Shown here one piece after another: positions 17,301-26,234 of a stretch of DNA of 64,000 nt. Source of the stretch: a virus (Duplodnaviria; Caudoviricetes); the IMG/VR virus record IMGVR_UViG_3300044709_000179, positions 32,001-96,000 of that record; one strand, written 5' to 3'. Position numbers and translations under genes: made by a program. Every line of letters begins with the position of its first letter. The stretch's first letter is position 1. The notes beneath the pieces are model-generated. The model was not told where the DNA came from. It worked only from the letters and a program-made list of their open reading frames with translations, and ran no database searches.

Positions 17301-18939
17301 TCGCGGCACGGACCTCAAGCTCGCCGAGCTTCGCGGAGATGCCGCCAACAGACCGGTCGAGGCTGCCGAAGTAGGGGAGCAGAGTCGTGATGGCCTCTTG
17401 TGCGCCGGGCAAGATGCCGCCCTCGGCACTCGCCTTCAGGTCGTCCACGTTGGACTTCAGGCCGAACAGGAACCGGGCGAAACGCTGCCCGCTCGGCGAC
17501 AGTCGGTCCATCGCGTCGGCGAGCCCGTCCATGGCCGCGCCACCGGTCGCCCCGGCAGCGACCGCAGCGGCACCGATCCCACGCTGCGCGGTGACGACCG
17601 CCTGGCTGGCCTGCTGAATCTGGAACGCAGCCTGCCGCGCAGCGGTCGCCTGCTGAGTTTGCGCGTCCTTCACGGCCTGCGTGGCGTCGGCGACCCGTTG
17701 CTGGGCCGCGCGCACCGCGTCGGAGCCCTCGACGCCGGTCTTGTCGTTGCGGGCCTTCTCGTCGGCCAGCCGCTTCCCGGCGATCCGCAGGTTTTCGAGG
17801 CGTAGTTCGGCCTGCTCGGCGGCGATCTTGTCGACCTCGGTGCCGGACGCGGCGCGCTTGCGGGCGTCGGCCAAGTCGAGGACGGCCTGCCGCTGGTCGA
17901 TGGCGTTGCCTTTGGCCTGCTGGGCGAGATCCTGCTGGCTGCGGGCCTCCTGTTCGCGGACATCGGCCAGATCCCGCTCGGCCTGCTTCTCGGCGCGGCG
18001 GGCGTCGGCGACCTGTCGGGAGGCGCGCAGCAACGCGTCGGAGGCGTTGGCGCGGGTGTTCGCCAGAGACGCTTCGGCGGAGCGGACCTGGTCAGCGCCA
18101 CCGGCGAGCGACTTCTGTTGGCTGGCCAGCGTTGAGCCGGTCTTGGCCGCGTCCTGCTGGGCGGTGTCGAGCGCCTTGACGGCGTCGGCCACGCCATGGA
18201 ACGCGAGCGCGGCCACGCCGCCACCGGCCAGCGCCGACGTTGCCGCCGACCCGATGGCCAGGATGGCGCCCGCCGCGGCGATCGCGCCGGGGATGATGGC
18301 CGGACCGATCGCGAAGCCCGCCGCGACCAGAAGGTTGACTTCTTGCGCGGCCTGGCGGGCGTTGGTGCCCACCCGGATCTGCGGGTTAAGGTGGCCCACC
18401 TGCTGGGCCTGCGCGGTAATGGCGGCGAGTTGGGCGGAGGCGGTGCCGAGGTCGGTGCGGACCTGGATGGAGGGCGAGCGCCGGCCGAGTTCGGCGAGCT
18501 CCAGTTGGATGCGCCGCAGTTCGGCGAGCGCGTCGGCGTCGGAGATGTCGATGCCGATTTTCTGCGACCGCAGCGTGTCGATCGAGTTGCGAAGGTCGCG
18601 GACCTTCTGCTCGGCCTCGGTGGTGGCCGCGCCGATCTGAGGGGTCGGCAGTGCTCGCAGCGCCTTTTCGAGGCGGGCGCGGACTGCGTCGCCGAACCGG
18701 CCGCCGTACTCGGCCCCGGCGCGGGCGCCCTGGACGCCGATACCTGTGCCGTCGAGGCCATCGCGGACGGCTTTGCCGATGCGTGCGGAGATGGCCTTGC
18801 CGATACGGTCGCCGAGGTCCTCACCGGCACGGGCGGCCCCTACGCGGTTTTCGGCAGACCACTTGGCCCAGGCGTCTTTGGCCGTCTTGAGATAGACGTC
18901 GGCATGCACATCGCCGATAGAAATGCCGTCGTCGGCCAC
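14374..18939 (-). CDS. Tape measure protein with C-terminal peptidase-like domain
   Basis: 1521 aa, Ala-rich helical, TM segments; GPGTGTSDDVP; WHGSGRSVDW...HRNHIH. Confidence 0.93.
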   Translation of the reverse strand: MADDGISIGDVHADVYLKTAKDAWAKWSAENRVGAARAGEDLGDRIGKAISARIGKAVRDGLDGTGIGVQGARAGAEYGGRFGDAVRARLEKALRALPTPQIGAATTEAEQKVRDLRNSIDTLRSQKIGIDISDADALAELRRIQLELAELGRRSPSIQVRTDLGTASAQLAAITAQAQQVGHLNPQIRVGTNARQAAQEVNLLVAAGFAIGPAIIPGAIAAAGAILAIGSAATSALAGGGVAALAFHGVADAVKALDTAQQDAAKTGSTLASQQKSLAGGADQVRSAEASLANTRANASDALLRASRQVADARRAEKQAERDLADVREQEARSQQDLAQQAKGNAIDQRQAVLDLADARKRAASGTEVDKIAAEQAELRLENLRIAGKRLADEKARNDKTGVEGSDAVRAAQQRVADATQAVKDAQTQQATAARQAAFQIQQASQAVVTAQRGIGAAAVAAGATGGAAMDGLADAMDRLSPSGQRFARFLFGLKSNVDDLKASAEGGILPGAQEAITTLLPYFGSLDRSVGGISAKLGELEVRAAKTLTNPFWRGFFGFIASEANPNLELMFRTSLNVAEGLARIVQQFIPVERQVGGGILTISERFADWSRTLDQNQGFQRFVRFVLAEGPHVVATIGELARAGLHVVEAYAPVGSVVATELKLLASIINAIPVPVITALAFAITAYKTAALLTSGAQTLLNSGLLAGGARMLGFSTATATATTSASAFRTGVASVSSFIGGPFLAGFTIALGIIGAFVAANEEARSRIEALRAAAASYAQTLKDGTGPAAAEQARQALAQNAALRDLVRTTEAAGVQSQTLVKGLNGDREARGQVVAAINKQIEAEKIQQRQALANSSDDKREAQAHADRIKQLREMAKAFEGQNSAMAESADLTRALAEAGEDSVGALDAVKTALNGAGDSVDAYRSGIERLAGFEADAASKAEVLALMSGRVADANLDAADKTSLFADILSGIGDSASNSGPVFDNLALAFGNIAKSSIDARDKVRLLNQAVEQMYGTAIDQVEVDEKLARTQSDLTKQLATSSAGFDLNKGKQRGNTEEVLRNRDALEAALLAARDKYVQDVANGVSEDKARDTHDKTVKSIMNGIDPTQRQTAAVKDLAKKYGDIPPKVTTDVSTPGLDKAIDDLIEAHAVQVGLAMKPPWTKDQIKSEIDFLKGSVNGQTGQSARFKADGGPVFGPGTGTSDDVPAYLPETGTRYRLSNDEHILTAAEVKAAGGHGNIYALRKTILGGGLKGVLPGFAKGGAVSSTWPVEIPSNVVFPVSVDSLWDAWKAATRPQGIGVNPNFGPGPGFPPWPSSPAASRGDSGVWRSIVALIRSTGPLSGSFGNAYRAGDPLWHGSGRSVDWMGYEQDALATFLAERRPLELIHRTSKRDYAYTRGRDRGSFNEGLMQAHRNHIHIAMASGGQVGLAQHLGVPTTRLPLHVGTYDGGGVLRPGLTLAYNGTRGNETVRTREQEAALATPQPRAVVAIDNFYARSDDPYDVARELDWLSRGRG

Positions 18940-18942
18940 GCG

Positions 18943-19431
18943 CTACGCCCCTTCCGGCTGGTCGAGGTCGTAGCCGTGGAGCCGGGCGTGTTCTTCGGCG
19001 ATGGCGCGCAGTTGCGCCACAACGCGCGGGTCGCGACGGTACTTGCGCTTGAAGATGCCGGGGCGGTTGTACGGCTCTGGCACCTTCTCGTAGACCTTCA
19101 GGCCGTAGCCGAGGTGGCCGAGCCGGTCGATGATGTCGGCGAGCAGTAGATCGGTGTGGCTCCACTTCCCGTGCCCGGACCGTGGTTGGTCGATCAGATC
19201 GCGCAGCGTGTCCTCGTCGAGATCGTCGCGGACCGCCGTCTTGTACTGGCCCTCGCCGGGCAGTGCGTCAAGCAGGACATCGAGCCGCCGCCACGTCAAT
19301 CGCGACGGCCCACCACGAGGGCGGAACAGGTCGCGCAGGTCGACGCCACTTGGCAGGCAGGCCAGGTCGCCTTCGATCTGGCGACAGTAGCGCTCTAGCT
19401 GGCCAGCGAGGTCAACCAGCTTCCCAAAGGG
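18943..19431 (-). CDS. Tail assembly chaperone, -1 frameshifted extension (gpT-like)
   Basis: -1 frame open from the slippery site through the 18943-19299 ORF. Confidence 0.85.
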   Translation of the reverse strand, partial: PFGKLVDLAGQLERYCRQIEGDLACLPSGVDLRDLFRPRGGPSRLTWRRLDVLLDALPGEGQYKTAVRDDLDEDTLRDLIDQPRSGHGKWSHTDLLLADIIDRLGHLGYGLKVYEKVPEPYNRPGIFKRKYRRDPRVVAQLRAIAEEHARLHGYDLDQPEGA

Positions 19432-19778
19432 AAGCCGATCACGCCCTCGATCGCGGCGATGAACTCAGCGGCCTGCCGATTGGTCGGGTTGATTTTCGCC
19501 CAGGCCGCGAACTCGTCGGCCGGCATGACCTGCGACGCCCATTGGACGATGAGGCCACGCGCGAGCAGTTCGTTCGCCGCCGCTGGCCAGTCCCAGAAGT
19601 CCTTGACGAGGACCGTGATTCCGGCGAACGGCACAGGATGCAGCCGCGGCCCGCCATCCGGCAGTTCGGCCGCGACCTCGGCACGCAGGGCGTCGAGGCC
19701 GGACCGCCTGACGGTGGCGGGCCGCTTGGCCGCGAGGTCCGCAGGTGCGGACCCCGCCTTCTTGGCGCGTGGGGGCAT
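19395..19778 (-). CDS. Tail assembly chaperone (gpG-like)
   Basis: Between major tail gene and TMP. Confidence 0.82.
   Translation of the reverse strand: MPPRAKKAGSAPADLAAKRPATVRRSGLDALRAEVAAELPDGGPRLHPVPFAGITVLVKDFWDWPAAANELLARGLIVQWASQVMPADEFAAWAKINPTNRQAAEFIAAIEGVIGFPLGSWLTSLAS
19425..19431 (-). other. -1 programmed frameshift heptamer C CCT TTG
   Basis: X XXY YYZ in correct phase near the chaperone 3' end. Confidence 0.8.
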
Positions 19779-19790
19779 TCAGAGCTCCGA

Positions 19791-20369
19791 TCAGCCGAGG
19801 TAGGGGAGCGCGAAGTAGGTGTAGATGGCGTTGCCGGACGTGTCCGGGTAGGCGGACATTTCCACCGAGAACTCCAGCGTCTCGGAGTTCGCGATCTTGA
19901 TGTCACCCTGGTTGACCACTTCGACCGACGGCATGTAGTACCGGATGTGGTTGGTTCCGTCGACCATGTCGACGACGAGGGCGTAGAGCTGCCGCACGTA
20001 GGTGCCGGCCGTGACGGAGAATGCGCCGGTTGTGACCGCAGGAGTGATCGAGTTCAGGGCCTTCCTGAAGAAGACCTCCATCGTCCTGGCGTTGACCTCC
20101 CCGAACACGGCAGACACGGTGAACTTCTGGTCCGTGATCAGGGTTCGCTGCACGGCGGGACTGCCGTAGAATTTCTTTTCCGACGTGGTCGTCGCCTGCT
20201 TGATGGTGACGCCGGCCTCCGTCTGCCCCCCCATGTTCTTCCATGCTGCGGCCAATGCGGTCGTCGCGTCCGTCGGCGCGGTCGACCCGGTGGCCGCCAT
20301 CCACACCAATGCGAGACCGTCGGCCCCAGTGGCGGAGGTACCGGCGAGCAAGCCCCTGTTGTCTGCCAC
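19791..20369 (-). CDS. Major tail tube protein
   Basis: APTDATTALAAAWKNMG...GVTI...AYPDTSG. Confidence 0.85.
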   Translation of the reverse strand: MADNRGLLAGTSATGADGLALVWMAATGSTAPTDATTALAAAWKNMGGQTEAGVTIKQATTTSEKKFYGSPAVQRTLITDQKFTVSAVFGEVNARTMEVFFRKALNSITPAVTTGAFSVTAGTYVRQLYALVVDMVDGTNHIRYYMPSVEVVNQGDIKIANSETLEFSVEMSAYPDTSGNAIYTYFALPYLG

Positions 20370-20391
20370 GGTCGGGTGTCCTTTCTAGACG

Positions 20392-20427
20392 GAAAACAGC
20401 CCCGACCGACATCCGGTCGGGGCTGTT
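20392..20427 (-). terminator. Terminator-like / stabilising hairpin
   Basis: AACAGCCCCGACCG-loop-CGGTCGGGGCTGTT followed by a short T run. Confidence 0.6.
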
Positions 20428-20444
20428 GAGTGGCTTGCAGGCGG

Positions 20445-20840
20445 CTAGCTGACGCCGACGTACCTGCTGATGGTCAGTTGATAGGAGGCCGACGCCCTGA
20501 ACACGTTGGTGGCGTCGTACGGGATGAGCTTCGGCGCGGACATGGTCTCCACCTTCGACACCGTCGACCCGTCGAACATGTAGCGGACCAGTCGTGTCCG
20601 CATCGCCGCCCGTATCTGCTCGGCGAAGTCCTCAGCGGTATCGGCAGCGGCTGCGTACGTGTCGATGTCGACGCGGGCGATGTCCAGCCAGTTGGCGCGG
20701 TCGGCCCCGCCGAACCGCTCGACGACATGGAACGGAAGGTCGAAGGCGAGGTTGGACGGCACTTCACGCCCGACGTTGGTGTGCCCGACGGTGGCGAGGA
20801 ACGCCTTCAGGAGCGCGTAGATGGAGGTGTAGCCGGCCAC
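20445..20840 (-). CDS. Tail terminator protein
   Basis: LPFHVVERFGG...ARVDIDTYA. Confidence 0.8.
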   Translation of the reverse strand: MAGYTSIYALLKAFLATVGHTNVGREVPSNLAFDLPFHVVERFGGADRANWLDIARVDIDTYAAAADTAEDFAEQIRAAMRTRLVRYMFDGSTVSKVETMSAPKLIPYDATNVFRASASYQLTISRYVGVS

Positions 20841-20861
20841 CGCGCACCCCGTCTCAGTCGA

Positions 20862-21143
20862 CTACTGCGCGTCTTCGGTGTCATCGCCGTGGAGTAGGAT
20901 GCTGCCGGTCGCAGCGCGGGTGAACAGACCGGGCGGAAGATCGCCGCCGTTGTCGTACCGCTCCGCATCGCCTTGCGCCGCACCGTGGTAGGCCGCCAGC
21001 TCTTCCTCGGTCGGCTTCCGCGCGGTGCCCAGGTCGAGCATCGGTCGCGCCACCTCGTCGGGGATGTCCTCCACCTTGCCCAGCCGATCCAGGTCGGGCC
21101 CCGTGTTGTCCGCGTTGGGCGCGATGACGATGGTGACCAGCAC
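20862..21143 (-). CDS. Hypothetical virion-module protein
   Basis: AAGGAG RBS before GTG. Confidence 0.6.
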   Translation of the reverse strand: MLVTIVIAPNADNTGPDLDRLGKVEDIPDEVARPMLDLGTARKPTEEELAAYHGAAQGDAERYDNGGDLPPGLFTRAATGSILLHGDDTEDAQ

Positions 21144-21154
21144 GGATTTCTCCT

Positions 21155-21553
21155 TCAGGCGAGGTTGACGGCGTCGAGGGCGCGGCCCAAGATGCGTTGC
21201 TTCTTGATGGTGTGGGTCCGCCCGGTCCGCTTGTCGACCCACGTCAGCCCGTATTCCAGGGCGGCCCCGTACCCGAACCCGTTCGGAAATCGCCTCGAAG
21301 GGCCCGAGCGAACACGGTTGATGACCCGCACGCTGGCGACGCCGTTACGGATGCCCGCCTCGACCTTGAAGCCGCCACCGTGGGCGCCCTTGCGGGATTC
21401 GATGCCGAACGCGTACGCGCCGCTGTCGACGGGCGCGATCTCTTCGGCGCGAATCCGGATCAACTGTCCGATGTGGTCCATGGCCGCCACTGCTCGCGGG
21501 GTCCGCAGCATGGCGAGCATTCCGGCGCGGTTCTCCCGGAACTCGGTAGGCAT
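21155..21553 (-). CDS. Neck protein (HK97 gp10-like)
   Basis: APVDSGAY...ALEYG...RILGRAL. Confidence 0.75.
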   Translation of the reverse strand: MPTEFRENRAGMLAMLRTPRAVAAMDHIGQLIRIRAEEIAPVDSGAYAFGIESRKGAHGGGFKVEAGIRNGVASVRVINRVRSGPSRRFPNGFGYGAALEYGLTWVDKRTGRTHTIKKQRILGRALDAVNLA

Positions 21554-21892
21554 TTACGCGACGAACATCGCGGTCGCGCCGGTCGTCGAGGTGAAGTTGA
21601 CGCCGATGAGGCCAGAGGAGTTGATGTAGCCCGCGAGCTGCAACCGGCCGAACGCCTTCGAGGTGTTGGCCGCAACCGTTGTTGCGGCTGGCGTTCCGGC
21701 TGCGGTTCCGGCGGGGGTGTGGCCAGGGTCGGTGAAGCTCACGTCGGTCGGGGTGTTCCCAACGGTCACGATGAAGACGCCGCCGTTGTTCACATCGTTG
21801 CCGTTGATTGTGTCGGCGGAGGCGGTGACCTGAACTCCGGTGCAGACGAGTGCAGTGGCGCCGGGGGTAACGGCAGAGAAGGCGGTAGCCAT
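21554..21892 (-). CDS. Small beta-rich virion structural protein
   Basis: AGGAGG RBS; T/A/G-rich. Confidence 0.65.
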   Translation of the reverse strand: MATAFSAVTPGATALVCTGVQVTASADTINGNDVNNGGVFIVTVGNTPTDVSFTDPGHTPAGTAAGTPAATTVAANTSKAFGRLQLAGYINSSGLIGVNFTSTTGATAMFVA

Positions 21893-21944
21893 CGAGTCCT
21901 CCTGTAGGCGTGATGTTGGGAGGCCGCATGGACGGCCTTACGTT

Positions 21945-22442
21945 TTACGGGATGAGCAGCTGGTCGCCCCAGGCGACTGCGCTGGGAAACGACCACACGG
22001 GCGCGATCTCCAGGAACCCCGAGTCCTGCGGATCCGTGCCGGTCAACGCTTCGTTGGCCAGCGCCAGTTCGTCGCGCGCCTTCTCGGCCTGCTTCAGCCG
22101 CTCTTTCGCCGTGGCGATGGCGTCTTCCCGGTTGAGGTGCGAACGCTCCGGGTAGTAGAGCTCGATGTTGCCGCAGGCGAACAGGGACGCGACCGTGTTG
22201 GCTTGCGGCCGCAGCGTCTCGTCGATGGTGCCGCATTTCAGCGTGACCCAGCCGCAGGCGTCGGCGATCAGACGGGTAACACGGGCGGCGGTCGGCCGAG
22301 TCGTGGTGGTGAACGCGTCCTGTTCGTCGTTGGCGCCCGTCGTCGGGTTCGGCACCAGCGTGCGCGCCGTCGTGTAGTCGGCTACCTCGGCCAGGGTGGG
22401 CGCCCAGTCGGGCAGGGTGGATGGCCCGGCGGGGATCGGCAT
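21945..22442 (-). CDS. Head-to-tail adaptor
   Basis: APTLAEVA...FTTTTRPT...IELYYPE; position. Confidence 0.65.
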   Translation of the reverse strand: MPIPAGPSTLPDWAPTLAEVADYTTARTLVPNPTTGANDEQDAFTTTTRPTAARVTRLIADACGWVTLKCGTIDETLRPQANTVASLFACGNIELYYPERSHLNREDAIATAKERLKQAEKARDELALANEALTGTDPQDSGFLEIAPVWSFPSAVAWGDQLLIP

Positions 22443-22449
22443 GCGGCAC

Positions 22450-25400
22450 CTACCTCGTGAACCAGTTGGTGCCGTTGGAGTACACGGTCGTCTTCGCGTA
22501 GGCCGCATTCAGCACGAGGTTGGCCGCGCCGTCGATCGTCCCGGAGGCGGGCGTGACCGTGATCGTGTTCGACACCGAGCACGAGCCTGACTCGTCTTTG
22601 ACCGTGAATTCCTGGCTGCTGGCCGACGACACCGACGGCAGGGTCGCCACCCGCGCGGCGGTGATCGACGTGTACGCCACCGTCATGTCGGTCAGCAGGA
22701 TGGTGTAGTTGGCGTCGGCGACGGTTGTCCGCTTGCGGGTCAGCCCCCCGCGCAACTGCAGCCGGTTGTCGAACAGCACCCCGCCGACCGTGTCCGGCCC
22801 GACGACGAGGGTGGGCATCGGCACCCGCGGTCCGGGAATGATGGTCCGCACGACGGCGGTTCCGGACTGGGTGAACGGGTTGGCGGACCCGGACGTCACC
22901 ACGTTGATGGCGGTCAGGTACAGCGGCGACGGCGTGGTGCCGATGGCCACGATGTTGACCGGGAAGCCGGTGGCGCCGTGGATGGACACGTTTTCCAGCG
23001 TCAGCGGCATCGAGTCGGTGTGCCGGATGGCGGTCCAGTCGGTGGCGTTGAACGCCTTGCATTCGACCGACGCGATCCGAGTGGCCGGCCCGATGGTGCC
23101 GCCGTACGCACTTTCCCAGAACAGTGCGGCCCCGTCGCAACGGACCCCGTCGATGACGATCTCTTGGATGCCCGGCTTGATCCTTTTAAAAAAGATCAAG
23201 TTGGTGCCGGTGCCGCCGCCATGCCAGCCCGCATTGGCCCCGTTCATGGTGACCGTGCTGCCGCACTGGTCGGCGCTACACCCGTACATGTGCAGGTTGA
23301 GGACGTTGGCGGTGGTGCCGTTGCCGAGATGCCATGCGCTCTTCGCCACGGCGGTCACGTCGCACTGCAGCCACGACAGTTGGGCGATGTCGAGGTCGGC
23401 CGCCCCCGGATGGTCGGCACCGACAGAGAAGCCGTTGAGCAGCCAGCCGACCGAGCCGGGCTGGATCCGCAGCGGCGCGACCCCGTTGGAGACGGTGGCG
23501 GGCACGTTGTCGGCGAGGGTGGCCGAAGAGAACGAGACGGTGGCCCCGGCGGTGTGCACGGCTGCGGGATAGACGAGACCTCGCCCGCGTGACGTGCAGG
23601 TGAGCGTGGTGGTGGTGCCGCCACTGGAGACGAAGAACAACTCCCCGTCGATGTTGACGACGAACCCGCCGGACGGTGCGGTCGGCGACAGCGGGGCAAC
23701 CAGCGGGATCGTCAGCGTCGAGGAGTTGATGTCACTGGCCAGGGTCGCCGTGTACTGCTGGACGGCGGTGACCGTGGAGGCGAACAGGTCCAGTCCGGAC
23801 AGTTGGATGGTGACGAGCCCGCCGACGTCGGCCGCGGAGAACTGCGCCGACTGCCACGGCGAGCCGCCCTGGTAGTCGGTCTGGCCGGTCTGCGCCGTGT
23901 AGATGGTCGGGGATCCGGCGGTGGTGACGCCGTCCCAGGCGCGCCGGAAGTTGATCGGCCCGTTGATGAACACCTTCTGGAACAGGCTGTGGTGCGCGCT
24001 TCCCGGCGACGACGTCGTGTAGTGCACGGCGTGCGTCACCTTCGCCGTACCCGACGCGGAGAACCGCATGTTGTCCATGCCGAACCGGTTGCAGGTTTCC
24101 ACCCGCAGCAGTTCGGTGGCGGTCGCAGTGGTGGTGCGGATGTGCGCGCCGGTGCCCGCGCCGACGAACCGGATGTCTTGCTTGCCCTGCAGTAGCAGAA
24201 TCCAGCCGGCGACATTGACGGTGCTGCACTGGTAGATGCCGACCGGAAAGTAGACGGTGGCACCGCCGGTGGCGGGGAGGCTCGCGAACAGCGCGTTCAA
24301 CGCGGCACTGTCGTCGGTGGAGCCGTTGCCGACCGCGCCGTAGTCTTTGACGTTGAACCACAGATTCGCTTTGTCGGCCTTCAGGTTCAACGCCGTCTGC
24401 TGCGCGGTGCTGACCGGCTTCGCGGTGTCGGCCGTGTTGTCGACGTTGCCGAGGCCGAGGTTGGTCTTGGCGGTCGCCGCTGAGGCGAGATCCGACAGGT
24501 TCGACGCCTTCTGTGCGGCGCCGGTGATCCTGGTGTCGTTGCCCTGCGCGGCGGTCCCGCTGCTGGTGCCATAGCTGACGACGAACGTCCGGTCGGCGGA
24601 CAGGTCCCCGCCGCCGATCAGGCCGGTCCCGGCGGTGAGCAGGCGAGCGACCGACACCGCCCCCAGGTTGGTCCGGGCCGTGGTGGTGGATGCGAGGTCG
24701 GACAGGTTGTTGGCCTTCTGTGCCGCACCGGTCACCCGCGCGTCGTCGCCGGCCGCGACCGTCCCGGCGGTGGTGCCGACGTTGAGGGTCGCCGCGCCGC
24801 CGAGGCCGAGGTTGGTGCGCGCAGTGCTCGCGGAGGTCAGGTCGGCGAGGTTCTGGCTGCGGGTCGCCTTCGCGTCGAGGGCCGTCTGCTGGTCGGTGCT
24901 AACCGGCTTGTTCGCGTCACTGGTGTTGTCGACGCTGCCGAGTCCGACCATGGCCTTGGTGACACCGCCGACGGTGCCAGTAAACGTCGGCCCGGCGATC
25001 GGCGCCTTCAGGTCGAGCGCAGCCTGCGCGGCAGTACTGACGGGCTTGTCAGCATCCGCAGTGTTCTCGGCGTTGGCGAGCCCGACGTCCGACTTGGTGA
25101 CGACGACGGAGCCGGTGCGGCCCGCCACCGAGGTGACCGGCGCAGTTGGGTACGGCAGTTCCGTCCAGTTCGACAGTTGAGTCGGGTCGGCACCAGTGAT
25201 GACCCAGCCGGTTGACAGGTCGTCGCGAATGACGAAGTCGGCCAACTGGCCATTCGTCGCGAGCATCGCCGCCTCGTCGGCTACGTGGCCGATGAAGTTG
25301 ACGATGCTGATGGATGGAATCTGCGCTGCGGTGAGCTTGCCGTCCGGCCCCAGGGTGGCAACGCCGAGGGCTGCACCCTTCTGCCCCAAGGGGATTGTCT

Positions 25401-26193
25401 GGGTGGCGAGGGCGTCGACCTTCGCCTGCGCGCCCGCCGACGTCTCCAGCAGCGACGTGTCCGCGATGCCGTGCACGGCGGTCGTGTCGATGATGTGCGT
25501 GCCGAGCATGGCGGCGGCAGTTCCAGCCGGCTCCGATGCGGCGATGGCTGCGGCCTGCGCCGCCTCGGCCTTGCTTGTCGCGTCGGTAGCCGCGGCGGCG
25601 ATAGCGGCCACCTGGGCGGCGTCGGCCTTCGCCTGTGCCCCGGACGTCGTCTCCAGGGCCGCGGTGTCGGCGATGCCGTGCACCGACGTCGTGTCGCCCT
25701 CGTGGGTGGCCAGTGCGGCCAGGGCGACTGCCTGCGCGTCGTCGGCCTTGGCCTGCGCTCCGGCTGGGGTTTCCACGCCAGCCACGTCGGCGGCGGCCAG
25801 CACGATGTCACCGGTGCGCCCGGCCACCGACTGGACCGCGCCACCGCCCCCTCCACCGGAGATCTCGACGGCGGTGACCCGTACGTCGAGGGCGTCGATC
25901 CGGTCGCCGGGGATCGCGTCGACCGGCCACGGCGCGACGATGCCGTCGGACAGCCACAGTCGCTTCGTGCCGTCGGTCGGGCCCCACCAGATCGGCAGGT
26001 AGCCGTAGCTGTCGGTGGGCACCTTCGAGTCGGCGATGACCGCCCCGGGGGCGCCGCCGCTGTCGGCCGCGATGGTGGCGAGGATGGTGCCACCCGAGTT
26101 GCTGTAGACGGTATAGGTGCGGTTCGGAACCGGGTTGCCGGCTGAGTCGTCAGCGCGGCGGCTGCCGGATTCGGGGAAGGGGAGGCGGGCCAT
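22450..26193 (-). CDS. Large fibre/spike with pectate-lyase-like beta-helix
   Basis: Repeats SVAGRTG, GAQAKAD, NLSDLAS..ARTNLG, VDNT.D..KPVST; FNVKDYGAVGNGSTDD...VYFPVGIY. Confidence 0.85.
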   Translation of the reverse strand: MARLPFPESGSRRADDSAGNPVPNRTYTVYSNSGGTILATIAADSGGAPGAVIADSKVPTDSYGYLPIWWGPTDGTKRLWLSDGIVAPWPVDAIPGDRIDALDVRVTAVEISGGGGGGAVQSVAGRTGDIVLAAADVAGVETPAGAQAKADDAQAVALAALATHEGDTTSVHGIADTAALETTSGAQAKADAAQVAAIAAAATDATSKAEAAQAAAIAASEPAGTAAAMLGTHIIDTTAVHGIADTSLLETSAGAQAKVDALATQTIPLGQKGAALGVATLGPDGKLTAAQIPSISIVNFIGHVADEAAMLATNGQLADFVIRDDLSTGWVITGADPTQLSNWTELPYPTAPVTSVAGRTGSVVVTKSDVGLANAENTADADKPVSTAAQAALDLKAPIAGPTFTGTVGGVTKAMVGLGSVDNTSDANKPVSTDQQTALDAKATRSQNLADLTSASTARTNLGLGGAATLNVGTTAGTVAAGDDARVTGAAQKANNLSDLASTTTARTNLGAVSVARLLTAGTGLIGGGDLSADRTFVVSYGTSSGTAAQGNDTRITGAAQKASNLSDLASAATAKTNLGLGNVDNTADTAKPVSTAQQTALNLKADKANLWFNVKDYGAVGNGSTDDSAALNALFASLPATGGATVYFPVGIYQCSTVNVAGWILLLQGKQDIRFVGAGTGAHIRTTTATATELLRVETCNRFGMDNMRFSASGTAKVTHAVHYTTSSPGSAHHSLFQKVFINGPINFRRAWDGVTTAGSPTIYTAQTGQTDYQGGSPWQSAQFSAADVGGLVTIQLSGLDLFASTVTAVQQYTATLASDINSSTLTIPLVAPLSPTAPSGGFVVNIDGELFFVSSGGTTTTLTCTSRGRGLVYPAAVHTAGATVSFSSATLADNVPATVSNGVAPLRIQPGSVGWLLNGFSVGADHPGAADLDIAQLSWLQCDVTAVAKSAWHLGNGTTANVLNLHMYGCSADQCGSTVTMNGANAGWHGGGTGTNLIFFKRIKPGIQEIVIDGVRCDGAALFWESAYGGTIGPATRIASVECKAFNATDWTAIRHTDSMPLTLENVSIHGATGFPVNIVAIGTTPSPLYLTAINVVTSGSANPFTQSGTAVVRTIIPGPRVPMPTLVVGPDTVGGVLFDNRLQLRGGLTRKRTTVADANYTILLTDMTVAYTSITAARVATLPSVSSASSQEFTVKDESGSCSVSNTITVTPASGTIDGAANLVLNAAYAKTTVYSNGTNWFTR

Positions 26194-26234
26194 TTACACC
26201 GCCTTCAGCCGTTGAGTGTCGCGCCAAGACATGA

